Of a stretch of 64,000 nt of DNA, positions 47,590-57,178 are shown piece by piece. Source of the DNA: a virus. The DNA is taken from IMG/VR virus record IMGVR_UViG_3300032770_000005, positions 88,858-152,857 of that record, one strand, 5' to 3'. Position 1 is the first letter of the stretch. Each line of letters starts with the position of its first letter. Position numbers and translations under genes: made by a program. The notes below the pieces were generated by a model. It made no database searches. It was not told where the DNA came from and saw nothing but the letters and a program-made list of their open reading frames with translations.

Positions 47590-47945
47590 CGCCGCCGCCG
47601 GTTCCTCCGCACGCGCTTTCCTCGCCCCCTGTTCCTCCCCATCCGGTTCTCACGGAGCGTCGGACGACGCAGCGAGTACCAGACGAGGAACATGAGGCTC
47701 GATGCGGAGATCGCGAGCCCGAGGATGGTGTACTGCTCCATCCGCGCGGCGTAGTCGTCGACGGTCGTGGTGCTCGTGCTGGTCTGGCCGAGCGGATGCT
47801 GACGCAGCATCGGCGTATGCGTCTGCCACACGACCGGGCTCACGGGGCCGCGGTAGCGCTGCGGTTGGCTGAGGTCGGCGAAGACCCACGGGTTCGTGAC
47901 GCCCCACGGAGCGTAGCCGAGCCTTCTGTCGACCTTGTAGCTCAC
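47586..47945 (-). CDS. small TM virion protein
   Basis: PLGQT; TM; LRENRMGRN..VRRNRRRR. Confidence 0.7.
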   Translation of the reverse strand: MSYKVDRRLGYAPWGVTNPWVFADLSQPQRYRGPVSPVVWQTHTPMLRQHPLGQTSTSTTTVDDYAARMEQYTILGLAISASSLMFLVWYSLRRPTLRENRMGRNRGRGKRVRRNRRRR

Positions 47946-47958
47946 CCTGGTCTCTCCT

Positions 47959-48633
47959 TCAGGACGCGAGCGACTTGAGGAAGTTCAGCAGCGCTTCGCC
48001 GCCGTTCGCGTTCGCGGCGTTGATCGCTCCCTGCGCAGCCGTCACGAGCTGGTCGCGACTGGCGTACGGCATGTTGAGCCAGGCCGCCGCACCGCTCTGG
48101 GCGAGGCCGCGGATCCTCGTCATGAGGTCCGCCTCCTGCTGCGGCGTGCCGGGGCTGCTGTACATGCCGCCCGCAGCACGGACCGCAACCGCGGTGGGCA
48201 CAGCGACCGCGGCACCGCCACCAGGTCCCTGCGTCTGCGCCGACGACGCACCCGCGGGCGCGAGCGCGGCCGACGCCGCACCGCCAGGAGCGACCGCGAC
48301 CGCGGGCTGCACCATCGGCGCGACCCGTGGCTGCGGCAGCGTCAACGCGTACGCCACCAGCCGCACCCGCGAGATCTGATTCGCCGGCGCGCTGTACGGG
48401 AACGTGTTGAAGCGTCGCGTCTGGAGCTGCTGCTGCATGCCGCGCAGCGCGGGCACGAGCGACAGCAGCGCCTGCACGACCCGACCGGAGCCCGCGTTGT
48501 GCATCTGCGCGAGCAGCGCTGCCTCCTGCGCGGGCGTACCACGCATGACGACCGTCGTGCTCACCGGATAGCTCACCGCGGGCGCAGCGATCTGCGCCAC
48601 CGTCTGGCCCATTCCGTACCTGCGTCTCATCAT
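47959..48633 (-). CDS. GMGQ-leader Ala-rich protein
   Basis: MMRRRYGMGQT; GTP.QEA.L repeated. Confidence 0.65.
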   Translation of the reverse strand: MMRRRYGMGQTVAQIAAPAVSYPVSTTVVMRGTPAQEAALLAQMHNAGSGRVVQALLSLVPALRGMQQQLQTRRFNTFPYSAPANQISRVRLVAYALTLPQPRVAPMVQPAVAVAPGGAASAALAPAGASSAQTQGPGGGAAVAVPTAVAVRAAGGMYSSPGTPQQEADLMTRIRGLAQSGAAAWLNMPYASRDQLVTAAQGAINAANANGGEALLNFLKSLAS

Positions 48634-48642
48634 CGCGTCCTC

Positions 48643-48936
48643 CTACTCTTCGTCGTCCTTGTCTCGATCTCGGGCCCGTCGGTTCCGGGTCGTCCGCGCT
48701 TCACGCTGCTGGCGCGGTAGCCACCAGGCGAAGTAGAGCCACGCGGCGCCCACGACCGCGGCGCCCGCACCGAAGCACACGAGCGGCTGCCGATAGAACG
48801 GCACCGTCTCCTCGGTGGTCGTCTGCCCCATGGGGTAGGACGGCACGCCATAGAGGGGATACGGCGCCATGCCTGCCGAGGCGTGCGCCTCGCTCATCTC
48901 GGCAGCCTGCTCTTGGTACGGGTCGCTGAACGGCAT
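48643..48936 (-). CDS. small TM virion protein
   Basis: PMGQT; TM; TTRNRRAR. Confidence 0.65.
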   Translation of the reverse strand: MPFSDPYQEQAAEMSEAHASAGMAPYPLYGVPSYPMGQTTTEETVPFYRQPLVCFGAGAAVVGAAWLYFAWWLPRQQREARTTRNRRARDRDKDDEE

Positions 48937-48973
48937 GATGTCCTCCTGCCCTACACTTCAGGGCCGACCACGC

Positions 48974-49597
48974 TCAGCGACGGTTGCGCGAGACGCGACG
49001 GGGGTGACGGCGCGAGGGCGGACGTGGAGTGAGGAGCGTGTGCCACCCGTGGCGCGTCCGGACGTGGATGGCGGGGCGGTACGGGCCGGACGTGCGCTTC
49101 GGGTACGACTTCCACTGACCCGTTGCTGTGCGTGATCGCTTCGGCCGGCTCGCGCCGCCGTTGCGCGAGACCCGACGGCGCCCGTTGCGCGAGACGCGGC
49201 GGTGCGAACGGCGATGGCCGTTGCGCGAGACGCGGCGGTGGTTGCGCGAGACGCGGCGGTGCGAACGGCGGCTGTGGTTGCGCGAGACGCGGCGATGGTT
49301 GCGCGAGACGCGGCGATGATGACGCCGGTGGTTCGCGGTGACCGAGGTCCGGTGGCTTCTGCGCCGGCCGAGCCCGACCGCGTAGCGCTTGCTGCCGCGT
49401 CGGATGACGACGTGCTTCTCGCCACGGTTCACGAGTGAACGCGCCTTGCCTCGCGCCACGCTGAGCGTGCGTGCGTGCGCGACCACGCGGTGCGCCCGGC
49501 CGCTCATGATCTCGTAGAGCTTCCGGCCGCTCATCATCTCGTAGAACTGCTTCCGGATCTTGCGAGCGGACCGATGCTTTTTCCGACGACGGGTCAT
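48974..49597 (-). CDS. protamine-like DNA-condensing protein with RRVSRN repeats
   Basis: extremely Arg/His-rich; RRVSRN about 7 times. Confidence 0.7.
   Translation of the reverse strand: MTRRRKKHRSARKIRKQFYEMMSGRKLYEIMSGRAHRVVAHARTLSVARGKARSLVNRGEKHVVIRRGSKRYAVGLGRRRSHRTSVTANHRRHHRRVSRNHRRVSRNHSRRSHRRVSRNHRRVSRNGHRRSHRRVSRNGRRRVSRNGGASRPKRSRTATGQWKSYPKRTSGPYRPAIHVRTRHGWHTLLTPRPPSRRHPRRVSRNRR
49160..49317 (-). repeat. tandem gttgcgcgagacgcggcg units encoding RRVSRN
   Basis: six near-identical copies, plus one at ~48982. Confidence 0.8.
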
Positions 49598-51015
49598 CGC
49601 ACTCCTACTTTCCGCGCCAACCGGCGCATTCGTCGACGCGCATTCCGCTGCATGCTGCGTCCCTCGTTCGTACCGTTCATGAGCACATAGCCAGCTCCCA
49701 GCACCGCAGCGGCGATGAGGAGATTCATTCCGATCGACGACCCGCTCGTGGGCGCCGGGGTCGCGGTCGTCTGATCGGGCACGACCTGCCCCATGCCCAT
49801 CGCAGCGGGGCTCTTGGTCAACTTGGTGACGTCGCTCTGCATCGCGCTCGCGTCGGTCGCGATCGGCGCGAGGTGCTGCGCCGCAGCGTTCCGGAGAGTC
49901 TGCGCGCCGATCTTCACCTTCGCGCCCATCTTGTCGATGCGCGGAAGGCCACGTGCGCCACGACGACGGTCCATGAGGTCGTTCATCGTCGCGTGCATCA
50001 CGCAGTGCGCGAGCGTGTCTTCGAGCGCCGTGTCCGGGCGCCAGCCCATCTGAACGAGACGCTCCGAGACCTGACGGCACTTCGCCGTCATGCCCGGACC
50101 GAGCGCCTCGGTCGCGGCGCTGATGAAGGCGCTCCGAGCCGGGACCGAGCCGATGGCCTTCGCCTCGTCGACCACGACCTTCGCTGCCTTGCGGCCGAAC
50201 GCCTCGATGTGCGAGTGCGGCCCGACGGCATCGGCGTGCATCGAGGGCATGGCGCCGGTCGCCACGAAGGGCGAGATCTCCGGCTTCAGCTTGGCGACCC
50301 GCCGCATGAGCGAGACGCCGCTCGCGTTCGGCTGCACGACGCGCCACTCGTTCGCCGTCGAGTCCCACATCTCCGACTGCGCCGTGTCCATCTCGCCCTC
50401 GTGCGCGATGTACGCCGGCAGCGCGAAGCCGTGCTGGAAGATCCCATCACGCGCTCGCCACGTGACGCCCTCCTCCATGTCGAAGATTCCGTCGCCGATG
50501 ACGTTCTGCGGGTCGTCGTCGTACTCGAATGAACTGCGGTCGTAGAGCGTCGCAGGATCGATGTCCGCGTTCGACGGCTCCTGGTTGAACTGCTGCTGTC
50601 GAGCGGGACGCACGGGCACACGCTGGTCGGCCACGCGACGCGCGATCTCCTTCGACGGCGACTCGCTGCCGCCCGAGAGGCCGGTGTTCATCGAGTACGG
50701 GCGATACCCGCCGCCGCTCCCCGGGCCCCACGGATGGCTGCCGTACTGCGTGACGAGCATGTCCGGCGACTCGGCATCGTTCGGGTTGAACAGCGCCTGA
50801 TCGAGCCCGTCGACGTCGAACGCCGGAGCCGGACCGTCCTGCGGACGCGAGGGCGTGTCCTCCTGGAGATCGTCGTCCAGGATGGAACTGTTCGGAACGC
50901 CGGGGATGTTCGTGTAGTCCTCCGCATCGAGATTCGCGTCGCCGCGCATCGTCGGGGGGATCAGCGCGCCCGCGTCGCCGTCCAGGTCCAGTAGGAAGTC
51001 GAGTTCGTCGTCCAT
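49594..51015 (-). CDS. acidic N-terminus, helical domain and C-terminal TM
   Basis: MGMGQV before TM; MQRNARRR tail; domain related to the two upstream genes. Confidence 0.7.
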   Translation of the reverse strand: MDDELDFLLDLDGDAGALIPPTMRGDANLDAEDYTNIPGVPNSSILDDDLQEDTPSRPQDGPAPAFDVDGLDQALFNPNDAESPDMLVTQYGSHPWGPGSGGGYRPYSMNTGLSGGSESPSKEIARRVADQRVPVRPARQQQFNQEPSNADIDPATLYDRSSFEYDDDPQNVIGDGIFDMEEGVTWRARDGIFQHGFALPAYIAHEGEMDTAQSEMWDSTANEWRVVQPNASGVSLMRRVAKLKPEISPFVATGAMPSMHADAVGPHSHIEAFGRKAAKVVVDEAKAIGSVPARSAFISAATEALGPGMTAKCRQVSERLVQMGWRPDTALEDTLAHCVMHATMNDLMDRRRGARGLPRIDKMGAKVKIGAQTLRNAAAQHLAPIATDASAMQSDVTKLTKSPAAMGMGQVVPDQTTATPAPTSGSSIGMNLLIAAAVLGAGYVLMNGTNEGRSMQRNARRRMRRLARKVGVR

Positions 51016-51036
51016 TCTCGTGCTCCGCGCCCGAGG

Positions 51037-51768
51037 TTAGTCCAGAAGCCAGTTGAACGCGAGAAGGCCGAGGATCACCGCTCCCCCGATCTCCGCTGCC
51101 CTGATGTACGTCTGCTCGCGCTGCTGCTGCGCTTGCGCCGCCGCCGCTGCCTGCTCGTTGATCGCCGCCGCCTGCGCCGCCTGCGCTTGTGCGGTCTGCT
51201 GTTGCAGCGCTTGCTGCCCCGCGTTGCAGTTGAGCGCACCCGACGCGACCGAACTGCCGATGCTCAAGGCCGCGCCGATGATCGTGCCGTACACCGGGAT
51301 GATCGACACGACTCCGCCGGCGACCGAGCCGGCCGACGCGGCGACGCATGCGGCCTGCTGCGTGTTCGGGTCGATGTCGCCGAGCGGCGTGTCGACGAGC
51401 TGATCCCAGCCACGCTGCGCCCCCTGCGTGTGCCGAATGAGCGTCAGGTCGCGCTCCATCATGTCGTTGGCGAACACGACCCGCATCGCGTCGTACGCGG
51501 CCTGATCTGGCGTCTTGCCCTTCTTGAGCAGCGCCTGCATCTGCGCAGCGACCGCGGGGGTGTAGCTCGCATCGAGCTGATTCAGCGCCGACTCCATGAC
51601 ATTCAGTCGCGAGGCCGCCGGCGCCTGCGCCATCTTGAGCATGATCTTCGAGGCCAGTAGAGAGGCCCGCGCCACGTAAGGGTCCTTGTAGGCCGAGGCA
51701 CCCACCGACACGGTGGAAACCGCACCTAGCGAGTGACGCTGACTACGGTGGTAGCTCACCTCCATCAT
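51037..51768 (-). CDS. membrane virion protein, paralog of 51765-52526
   Basis: DP...AS..AS..MLKMA..P...RL..M..ALN...DQA..DA.R...AN. Confidence 0.7.
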   Translation of the reverse strand: MMEVSYHRSQRHSLGAVSTVSVGASAYKDPYVARASLLASKIMLKMAQAPAASRLNVMESALNQLDASYTPAVAAQMQALLKKGKTPDQAAYDAMRVVFANDMMERDLTLIRHTQGAQRGWDQLVDTPLGDIDPNTQQAACVAASAGSVAGGVVSIIPVYGTIIGAALSIGSSVASGALNCNAGQQALQQQTAQAQAAQAAAINEQAAAAAQAQQQREQTYIRAAEIGGAVILGLLAFNWLLD

Positions 51769-52526
51769 GCCTTCTTGACAATCACGTAGATGACGCCGAG
51801 AACGCCGATAAGACCTGCTCCGATCAGCGTGTACTGCATGACCTGCGCGCTCTGCTGCTGCTGGAGCGCGAGCGTCTGCACGGCGCCGTTCTGCGCGATC
51901 TGCGCTTGCGCGGTGGCCGTCTGCGCTTGGATGAGCAGCTGTCCGGCGTTGCAGCCAGCGATCGAGGCGCCCTGTCCCACGCTACCGCCGATGGCTCCGG
52001 AGCTGTTCACCGTGCCTGTCGACTGAAGAAACCCGCCGACCACGCCGGCTACCGGCAGAACGGTCGAGCACATGACCGCGTTGGCGTCGTTCACGCTCTG
52101 GCTCGTCTGCCCGAGAATCTCGGACACAGTCTGACCCATGCCCGACGTCCCTGGCGACGCCTGCGCCTTCAGCGCCAAGAGCCGTGGGACGAGCGCGTTC
52201 GCGACGGCGATGCGAATCGCGTCGAACATCGCCTGGTCCTTCTGGTTCGCCGCGTACTTCGGAAGGCTGGCGAGGTAGGCCGCCTTCGTCTGATCTCCGA
52301 GACCGGCCTGGGCCCGGTTCAGCGCCGTGACCATCGTCGCGAGGCGCTGGGCCTGCGGCACCGAGGCCATCTTCAGCATCACGTGCGAGGCGATGACCGA
52401 CGCCGAGGACATGATCGGATCGGTAAGCGCTGCCTGACCGACCTGTACCGGCGCTTGGTCACCGGTGTCGATGGCCTGCCCGAGCCCCATGAGCCCAGGC
52501 CCCATGCCGCGTCTCCGACGTCGCAT
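51765..52526 (-). CDS. membrane virion protein, paralog of 51037-51768
   Basis: GMG/GLGQ leader; shared helical domain; C-terminal TM. Confidence 0.7.
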   Translation of the reverse strand: MRRRRRGMGPGLMGLGQAIDTGDQAPVQVGQAALTDPIMSSASVIASHVMLKMASVPQAQRLATMVTALNRAQAGLGDQTKAAYLASLPKYAANQKDQAMFDAIRIAVANALVPRLLALKAQASPGTSGMGQTVSEILGQTSQSVNDANAVMCSTVLPVAGVVGGFLQSTGTVNSSGAIGGSVGQGASIAGCNAGQLLIQAQTATAQAQIAQNGAVQTLALQQQQSAQVMQYTLIGAGLIGVLGVIYVIVKKA

Positions 52527-52870
52527 CACCATCTCCTTCGTCGGCGGTTCCGCGCGACGCGCTGCGCCGGCTGACCGAAGCCCTGAGCAAACGCGATCGG
52601 CAGCGCGAACGGCCACGCTGCTCCGCCCAGCACGCCCCAGACGAGCGCCCAGCCAACGGACTGCGTGCGCCGGTACCCGTGGTAGGTCAGAGCCGCCGAG
52701 GCGATGAGCCCGCCGACGTAGAGCAGCCCGCGCAGCGGGTTCGGTCCGCTCGACCCTCCGTTCGACGACGTGTCGGTCGTGACGGCGGACGTGGTGGCTG
52801 GCGCGATGGGCGCCGGCGCCGGTGTCGTCTGACCCAGCGGCGCACGCGCGTAGTAGGGGATGGCCGTCAT
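52526..52870 (-). CDS. small two-TM virion protein
   Basis: PLGQT; YHGYRR..SVGWALVWG; VARNRRRRRW. Confidence 0.7.
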   Translation of the reverse strand: MTAIPYYARAPLGQTTPAPAPIAPATTSAVTTDTSSNGGSSGPNPLRGLLYVGGLIASAALTYHGYRRTQSVGWALVWGVLGGAAWPFALPIAFAQGFGQPAQRVARNRRRRRW

Positions 52871-53430
52871 TGGACGTCGAAGATCGAGTACTGCTTGACG
52901 CGGTTCAGCATGGACGCCGTTCGACGTCCTGCGACCGGGTCGAGCACCCACCAGATCTTCGTGCGCGGATCTTGTGCGCGCACGAAGACGTGCGTGTGTC
53001 GCTTGCTCTGGAACGGGCGGCGCGGCTCGAAGCCGACGGTCACGAACTGGACCGGCGCGCCCACGACGAGGCAGTCGGTGCCGATGCCCAGGCTCTGCTC
53101 GTCGCAGTCGATCGTGAGACGCCCGGCATCGGCGTCGTCGATCATCTTCTCCGGATCCTTCATCATCTCCACGTGGAGCGGGTCGCGGGCGTAGCGCCCG
53201 GCGTTCGTCCACCAGCGGAGGATCGCGAACATCTCGCTCGTGTAGTCCTTCGGACGGACGTTCGCGATGATCTGCTCGGCGTGTCGCCTCACCCGGATGC
53301 TGCGCTCGCCACGCGGGCCGAGCGCGAGCTGCACCATGCGCTGAACCGTGTGGTCAGTGCCACGGTACGGCTCGATGGTCCCGACCGCATGGTTGTACGC
53401 CGGGTCGTAGCTGTGGGCGCGTAGGTGCAT
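52867..53430 (-). CDS. transglutaminase-like cysteine protease
   Basis: YARDP..E, IDCDE, HTHVF, WWVLDP form a Cys-His-Asp triad. Confidence 0.75.
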   Translation of the reverse strand: MHLRAHSYDPAYNHAVGTIEPYRGTDHTVQRMVQLALGPRGERSIRVRRHAEQIIANVRPKDYTSEMFAILRWWTNAGRYARDPLHVEMMKDPEKMIDDADAGRLTIDCDEQSLGIGTDCLVVGAPVQFVTVGFEPRRPFQSKRHTHVFVRAQDPRTKIWWVLDPVAGRRTASMLNRVKQYSIFDVQ

Positions 53431-53570
53431 GACGAGGAGCAGATCCTCGTCCAAGCGTGCCCGACGGCAGTCTCGCACGCCGGCGCACCGGGGCGCAACC
53501 CGGTCTTGGTCACGGTAGTGGTCGGTCTCGGCGCAGCGACGATCTTAGCGCGGTCAGTGCCGCGAACAGG

Positions 53571-54008
53571 TCATCGACCTCGCTTCTTCGACGCTTCGAC
53601 GCGCGCCGGCTTCGCGCTCGCGGCAGCGCTCTTCTCCGAGCGCGGAACACGGCCGGCCCGCGTGGTCGTCGGGGCCTTCTTCGTCTTCGCCGCTCGCACG
53701 GCGGCAACCCGCTTCGCGCGCTCCTTGGCCTCACGCATCTCGTGCGCCGCGTAGATCTTCATCATGAAGGTCGGATGCTGCACCAGCTTGGCGCAGTGCT
53801 GCATCAGCGCCTCTCTCGTCTCCAGCGGCGCAAGCCGTCGCAGCGCGGCGCGCAACGGCTCGCCGATGCGCATCATCTCGACGGTGTCGAAGTTGTCCGG
53901 GTCGTCGATCGACATCAGCCAGCGCCAGAGGTCGAGCATCGACTGCACGATGGCCACTGCCTCGTCCTTCTTGACCCGGATCGGCAACCCCTTCAGCGCT
54001 GTCTTCAT
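53571..54008 (-). CDS. hypothetical protein with basic C-terminus
   Basis: coupled ORF. Confidence 0.6.
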   Translation of the reverse strand: MKTALKGLPIRVKKDEAVAIVQSMLDLWRWLMSIDDPDNFDTVEMMRIGEPLRAALRRLAPLETREALMQHCAKLVQHPTFMMKIYAAHEMREAKERAKRVAAVRAAKTKKAPTTTRAGRVPRSEKSAAASAKPARVEASKKRGR

Positions 54009-54322
54009 GTCTTCCTCGTAGTGATCTTGATGCCGTCTCTCACGTACACCTTTGCACGAGGCCGCGCGCCACTCGGCGCATTCGGCCGTGCCGTCGGCTC
54101 GATCTTCACGTCGAGCACCTTCTTGCCTTGATACCGCGTCACGAGCGCGAAGGTGTCTCCGGGCTTGATGCCGAGAGCCGCGAGCGGGGCCAAGGGCATC
54201 GTGTACATCGTGCCGTCGATGAAGCGAATCGACGCCCTCGGGCCGTGAACCAGCGCCAACTGCGCGACGCGACGCTCGACTGTCGTGCGTGGCAGCTCAC
54301 GGTAGTTCCCGATGCCCTTCAC
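54005..54322 (-). CDS. small beta-rich hypothetical protein
   Basis: coupled ORF. Confidence 0.55.
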   Translation of the reverse strand: MKGIGNYRELPRTTVERRVAQLALVHGPRASIRFIDGTMYTMPLAPLAALGIKPGDTFALVTRYQGKKVLDVKIEPTARPNAPSGARPRAKVYVRDGIKITTRKT

Positions 54323-54335
54323 GCGTCGAAGGGTA

Positions 54336-56564
54336 TCAGACGGCCTGCCGGAGCGCTCTCAGCGCCTTGTGCACGAACTCGTGCCCGAACGGTGTCGTGC
54401 CCGCACTGTTGGGCTGCGCCTGCTTGATCCACGCCAGCACCTGCTCGGGCTCCATCGAGGCGATCGCCTTCACGACCACGGGCGGGTACTTGCCGCTCAA
54501 GATCTTCTCGACGAACTCCTCGGGCTCGTCACCTTCGTCGATGGACTTGTGGACCATGATCGCGACCTGGTTCGCGATCGCCCGCTGCGTCTTCTCGTTC
54601 ACCTGCTGCCCGTCGACCACCGGCGCGAGCGGTGCGGCGGCCGGCGGCGGCTGCGGAGGGGCGGCAGCCGGTCGCGACACCGGCCGCGGTTGCTGTTGCT
54701 GCTGCTGAGCCGGCGGCTGCTGCGGCTGCGGCGGAGTCGGCTCCCACGGCGCGGCGGGCTTCGGCAGGCCGTCCGCCATGTTCGGCACCGGCAGACCGCC
54801 GCTGTCACGGCGGCGAGACGACGGACCGAAGATGCCTCTCGGCGCGGGCCCTCGTCGGCCACTGGGCGCCTGCTGCTGAGGCATGAGCCCGAGCTGTCCG
54901 TTCGGAGCCTGGACGACGACCATCGGGCCCCGCGGCGTCTGCATGACGTCGCCGACCTTCGGCTGCTGCGGCGGCGGCGGACGCTGCGTGATGACCTGCG
55001 GCTGCTGACCTCCGCCGCTGCTCCCCAGGCCTCCGCCCTGTCCACCGCCGCCGCGCATCGCGTCGATGACGTCCGGCAGGTTCGTCATCGCCGTCTTGAG
55101 CATGTCGCCCCAGTCGATCTGCCCGTTCTCGCTGATGCCGATGCCGCCCCCCGTCGGCGGCGGCAGTGCCGGCGGCTCGACGAGCCCGAGGCCCTTGAGC
55201 GCGTCGGTCGCCTCCTTGATGCGGCCGAGCTGCGAGACCAGGTCTCCCTTGTCCTGCTGCTTGCCCTCCAGCTCGTTCACCTTTGCCTGGAGCCGGTCCA
55301 TCTCCGACTGCATCCAGCCGATCCTGCTGTCGGCCATGTTCTGGTTGGTCGCGATCCTCGACTCGTAGAGCGTCTTCAGGCGCTCCTCCTGCTGAGCCAT
55401 GCGCTCCTGCCACGCCTTGTCGCGCGCATCGGCCTCACGCCGCAGGGCCTCCGCATCACGACGGCGCTCCTCACGCTCGGTCTTGAGCTGCTCCTCGTGC
55501 CGCTGCTCGCGCATGCGAGAGGCCTCCCGCTCGGCGCCCAGCTCACGCATGTGCGCGTCGCGCACCGCCGCGATCTCGCCGGCGTGCGTCGAGCGCAGCG
55601 AGTCGACGAGCGCCAGGTGCTGCTTGCTGATGGTCTCCAACTCCTGCCGGTGACGTTCGAGGATCGCCGTCGTGATGCTCTCGTTGGCCTTGGTCGCGGC
55701 GGCCACGACCTCCTGGCTCGGCCCGAACAGCTTCTGCATGTCGCGCATCTCGTCTGCGATCCGTGGGCGCTGCTGGTCCATCTGCGAGATCCTCTCTTCG
55801 AGCTTCTGCTGCGCATCGCGCGCATCGCTGATCTGACGAAGCAAGAACTCTCGCTCGGTCTTCGCGCGCTCGCGCTCGGCATCGAGCATCTCCTTGCCGA
55901 GCTGCTGGGCCTGCGTGAACAGCGGCAGCGATGCCTCTCGTGCACGCTCGACCTCCACCTTGGCCTCCTTCTCGGCGCGGATGCGGTCCTCGCGATCTTT
56001 CGCCGAGACCTCGGCCATCGTCTTCAGGGCGGTAGACGCGAGCCCGGGCTGTTCTTGCTGCATGATCATCGGCATGCCGGGTGCCGCTGCTGGCGTAGCA
56101 TCAGCGCGACCGGCGTTCGGGTTGGGAGGTCCTGCGATCTCGAACGAGAACTGCGCGTACGGGCGAGTCGCGTTCGGGGACCTCTTTGGATCTGGACCCA
56201 TGATGATGACCCGGTACGTGCCGCCGCCGTACTCGGAGCGGATCGTCTCCTGATCGAACACCTGATCGAGCCGGGCGAGAAAGCCGGCGGCCGGAACGTT
56301 GCCTGCGAAGAACTTCGGCCAGAGCCGATGCAGGATGGCGTGGTACGTCGGCTTCACGCCGACCTCGTACTTCGCGAGAAGCGAGTCGAGCGTGCGGATG
56401 CCGTTGCCGTCGGGGTCCGGCTCGACGTCTTCGAGGCTGGGAACCGCGTCGGCCACTGCGTCGGCGGCGGCGTCCTCGCGCCGCTTCCCACGGCGGCGGC
56501 GCGACGGCGCCGGAGGGCCCATCTCCGGATCGTCGATCTCGATCTGCTCGACGTCCTCGCTCAC
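54336..56564 (-). CDS. large coiled-coil protein
   Basis: YGGGTY N-terminal domain, long E/R/Q coiled coil, Pro/Gln linker. Confidence 0.75.
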   Translation of the reverse strand: MSEDVEQIEIDDPEMGPPAPSRRRRGKRREDAAADAVADAVPSLEDVEPDPDGNGIRTLDSLLAKYEVGVKPTYHAILHRLWPKFFAGNVPAAGFLARLDQVFDQETIRSEYGGGTYRVIIMGPDPKRSPNATRPYAQFSFEIAGPPNPNAGRADATPAAAPGMPMIMQQEQPGLASTALKTMAEVSAKDREDRIRAEKEAKVEVERAREASLPLFTQAQQLGKEMLDAERERAKTEREFLLRQISDARDAQQKLEERISQMDQQRPRIADEMRDMQKLFGPSQEVVAAATKANESITTAILERHRQELETISKQHLALVDSLRSTHAGEIAAVRDAHMRELGAEREASRMREQRHEEQLKTEREERRRDAEALRREADARDKAWQERMAQQEERLKTLYESRIATNQNMADSRIGWMQSEMDRLQAKVNELEGKQQDKGDLVSQLGRIKEATDALKGLGLVEPPALPPPTGGGIGISENGQIDWGDMLKTAMTNLPDVIDAMRGGGGQGGGLGSSGGGQQPQVITQRPPPPQQPKVGDVMQTPRGPMVVVQAPNGQLGLMPQQQAPSGRRGPAPRGIFGPSSRRRDSGGLPVPNMADGLPKPAAPWEPTPPQPQQPPAQQQQQQPRPVSRPAAAPPQPPPAAAPLAPVVDGQQVNEKTQRAIANQVAIMVHKSIDEGDEPEEFVEKILSGKYPPVVVKAIASMEPEQVLAWIKQAQPNSAGTTPFGHEFVHKALRALRQAV

Positions 56565-57169
56565 GTGGTCGCTCCGTCGGGCGCGGGAGTCGGATCGTCG
56601 GCGATGACCGCGCTGACCTCCTCTTCCTCCGCCTCCTCTTCCTCTTCCTCGCCCTCGTCCGGCTCTTGTTCGGAGCCCAGCATCTCGTCGGGCACGCTCT
56701 GGTTGCCCATGACGGCCATCACGAGCTTGTCGTACGCCGCGGCCACGCGGTTGAACGTGCGCTCCATCTCCTTGTCCTCCGGGAGCTTCTTCTGAAGCAT
56801 CGAGCCCAGCGCGAAGAACGCCTGGCCGAACTCGTTCAGCTCCGTGGTCCCGATGCCGGGGAACGGGTCGCCGTCGTTCACCTGCGCGCCGAGCGATCTG
56901 AGGTGCTCGGCCGTCCACCGACGCATGCGCATGAGCTGGTTCGCGTTCGAGACGCCGAGGTACCGAGTGTCGACCGCGGTGACGCCCAGCATCTCGATCG
57001 CTTGGATCAAGCGCGACATCAGCGTCATTGCGACGAACTTCCGCAGTTCGTCGGCGTTCGAGAACGCCTTGTTCTTGCGGAGGTTGTTCTGCTCCTCCTT
57101 CATCGACTGGATGAGTTCGACGAGCTGGGGCGGTAGCTCGATCTCCATCTCGGTCTGTTGGCTCATCAC
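56561..57169 (-). CDS. helical protein with acidic tail
   Basis: AGGAGAG RBS. Confidence 0.7.
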   Translation of the reverse strand: MMSQQTEMEIELPPQLVELIQSMKEEQNNLRKNKAFSNADELRKFVAMTLMSRLIQAIEMLGVTAVDTRYLGVSNANQLMRMRRWTAEHLRSLGAQVNDGDPFPGIGTTELNEFGQAFFALGSMLQKKLPEDKEMERTFNRVAAAYDKLVMAVMGNQSVPDEMLGSEQEPDEGEEEEEEAEEEEVSAVIADDPTPAPDGATT

Positions 57170-57178
57170 GCTCTCCTG

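Noticed and set aside
38337-52870. TM plus Arg tails as MYXO-CTERM/PEP-CTERM signals
   Set aside because: No GC or PEP motif before the TM and no signal peptides; the conserved element is x-x-N after the TM
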